Source of the DNA: Balanoglossus misakiensis
Taxonomy: Eukaryota; Animalia; Hemichordata
DNA: 64,000 nucleotides
NCBI GenBank assembly: GCA_040954595.2
Contig: CM082576.2
Location: forward strand, 12,961,129-13,025,128
Direction: 5' to 3'
Position 1 is the first letter of the stretch, and each line of letters starts with the position of its first letter. The notes beneath the pieces are model-generated. The model was not told the origin of the DNA, did no database searches, and was given only the letters and a program-made list of their open reading frames with translations. This document shows, in pieces, positions 62,701 through 64,000 of this stretch. A program made the translations under genes and the position numbers.

Positions 62701-62798
62701 CACTTTACAAATCAACAAATTATGGCAAGAATTTTGTTTTTACCTGATTCGACCTTCTTCAAATCTTTCAATGTGAAACCATCCGCAGAGTGGGGAGA
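59762..62798 (-). CDS. AIDA: Axin interactor, dorsalization-associated protein (3' part, C2-Aida domain; 5' exons not identified, probably beyond the window)
   Basis: Exons 62798-62744, 61876-61810, 61354-61179, 60915-60790, 60479-60357, 60079-59962, 59858-59762 (TAG). Peptides LLPRIPHEPGMTLLTINIEKIG, AIFFEFKHYKPKKKFTSTKCFAFMELDEIKPG and YKKPTDFKRKKL match vertebrate AIDA as I recall it. Confidence 0.93.
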
Positions 62799-64000
62799 CT
62801 GAAAGAGAATGAGAGTAAATATCATCAGTATTCCTAATCACCGAAAATGTGGAAAAAATGTCAGTTCTTTTACAATTTTGTTATAAAATTATTTAGCACT
62901 CTCAGAAATACGTTTTGATTCTGGGTACATCACATGATAGAATGACAGGAAACATTAATCATTTTTTGTTTGTTTGTTTGTTTCGATAAAACATGACAGA
63001 AACTTCCCCCTGCAGGAAAAGTCTCAGATGTTCCCAAAGAATATCCGGCCCTCTTGACAGAAAAACACCCTTCAGCTGCTACTGTCGAAATAATCACCCA
63101 GATCACTCAGCGTACTTGGTGAACTGGTTCATAGTTGTATACAGTTCTCCACCATATGTGCCTTCTCTACGTTTAACCCTTTCACCACTATGGTTTGCTT
63201 AAAAAAGCCTCCAGAGATGATTATTTTTGTACATGTCTTGTATTGAAAGCAGTGGGTGTACAATCTTGTACATGTATGTCTTGTATTCAGATTTGCAACT
63301 GATTTCCTTGAAAAATATCAAACTTGACAAGGCTATGTTTTCACAGCTAACTGGCGAGTTTGGAATATATTTTTGACTATCTTTCAATCAGGAGGCAAAG
63401 AATGTTACACTTTATCTTTGTACAACTTTATCAACTGTGACTAAGTTACTCGTTAGCTGTATTAATGACAGCATTATTCCAGAATGCAAAATATATAATG
63501 CATTACATTTCTCAACCAAAGGGGAAATCAGATACAAAATTCTCTCTTTTCTGAATTCTCTCTTTTTTCAAGACTTGAGCAGTTGGGTATTACTGCGTAC
63601 TGTATTGAATGAGAATGCCACTTTTGAAATGAAATGAGATCTAACACAGTGCCACACACATTAAGTTACTGTCAAGAAATCTACACTGTAGCTATCTAAT
63701 TAGGCAGGGAATCACTGTCAACACAGATAACAAAAAAGGTTAAATATTTATACACTGAGTACTGATAAGGTGTGACTGACAAGGTACCAGTAAATTTGTT
63801 AAACCACAGAGACTGACTGATATTGGAAGTGGGCAATTTGTAAAATGATGATCAGATGGGATTATGATGCACAAACATTTTCTGTTCAAGGGAAACTCTG
63901 GCTATAAAAATCAATTTGACAGTCACGCCTTCCTAGAAACTGGTTTGCGAGCAAGAAATTTACAGACGCTCTGCAAGACATCTGACGTAACATAATGAAG

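Noticed and set aside
43058-62798. Functional link between the Min-Wnt-like gene and AIDA (an Axin-binding protein)
   Set aside because: The DUF6973-type protein lacks the Cys-rich hairpins and palmitoleoylation motif of true Wnt ligands; the proximity is most likely coincidental.

Overview
AT-rich, intron-rich animal genomic DNA; a marine invertebrate deuterostome, possibly a hemichordate, is my inference from gene content and repeat types. The spliced gene models were read by eye. The window holds two tandem classical calpain genes on the + strand (the first 5'-truncated by the window, the second complete). It also holds two tandem-duplicated secreted LDL-receptor class A (LDLa) repeat genes with basic tails (-), a 4-exon secreted prepro-protein whose mature part carries the bacterial-type DUF6973/'Min-Wnt' motif set (+), a somatomedin-B/family-B-like GPCR (+), a secreted 16xLDLa protein with a Gly/acidic tandem repeat (-), and the 3' part of AIDA (-). 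Highlights: (1) the DUF6973-type gene, which looks horizontally acquired and domesticated (signal peptide, acidic propeptide, RRRR cleavage site, C-terminal GRK amidation signal); (2) an intact type I hammerhead ribozyme in the sense orientation of an intron, paired with an inverted degenerate copy; (3) four candidate regulated cassette/micro-exons (48, 69, 3 and 6 nt) present in calpain 1 and absent from calpain 2; (4) U12-type and GC-AG introns, a probable gene-conversion tract, and MITEs whose empty sites are visible in paralogues. No database searches were run.
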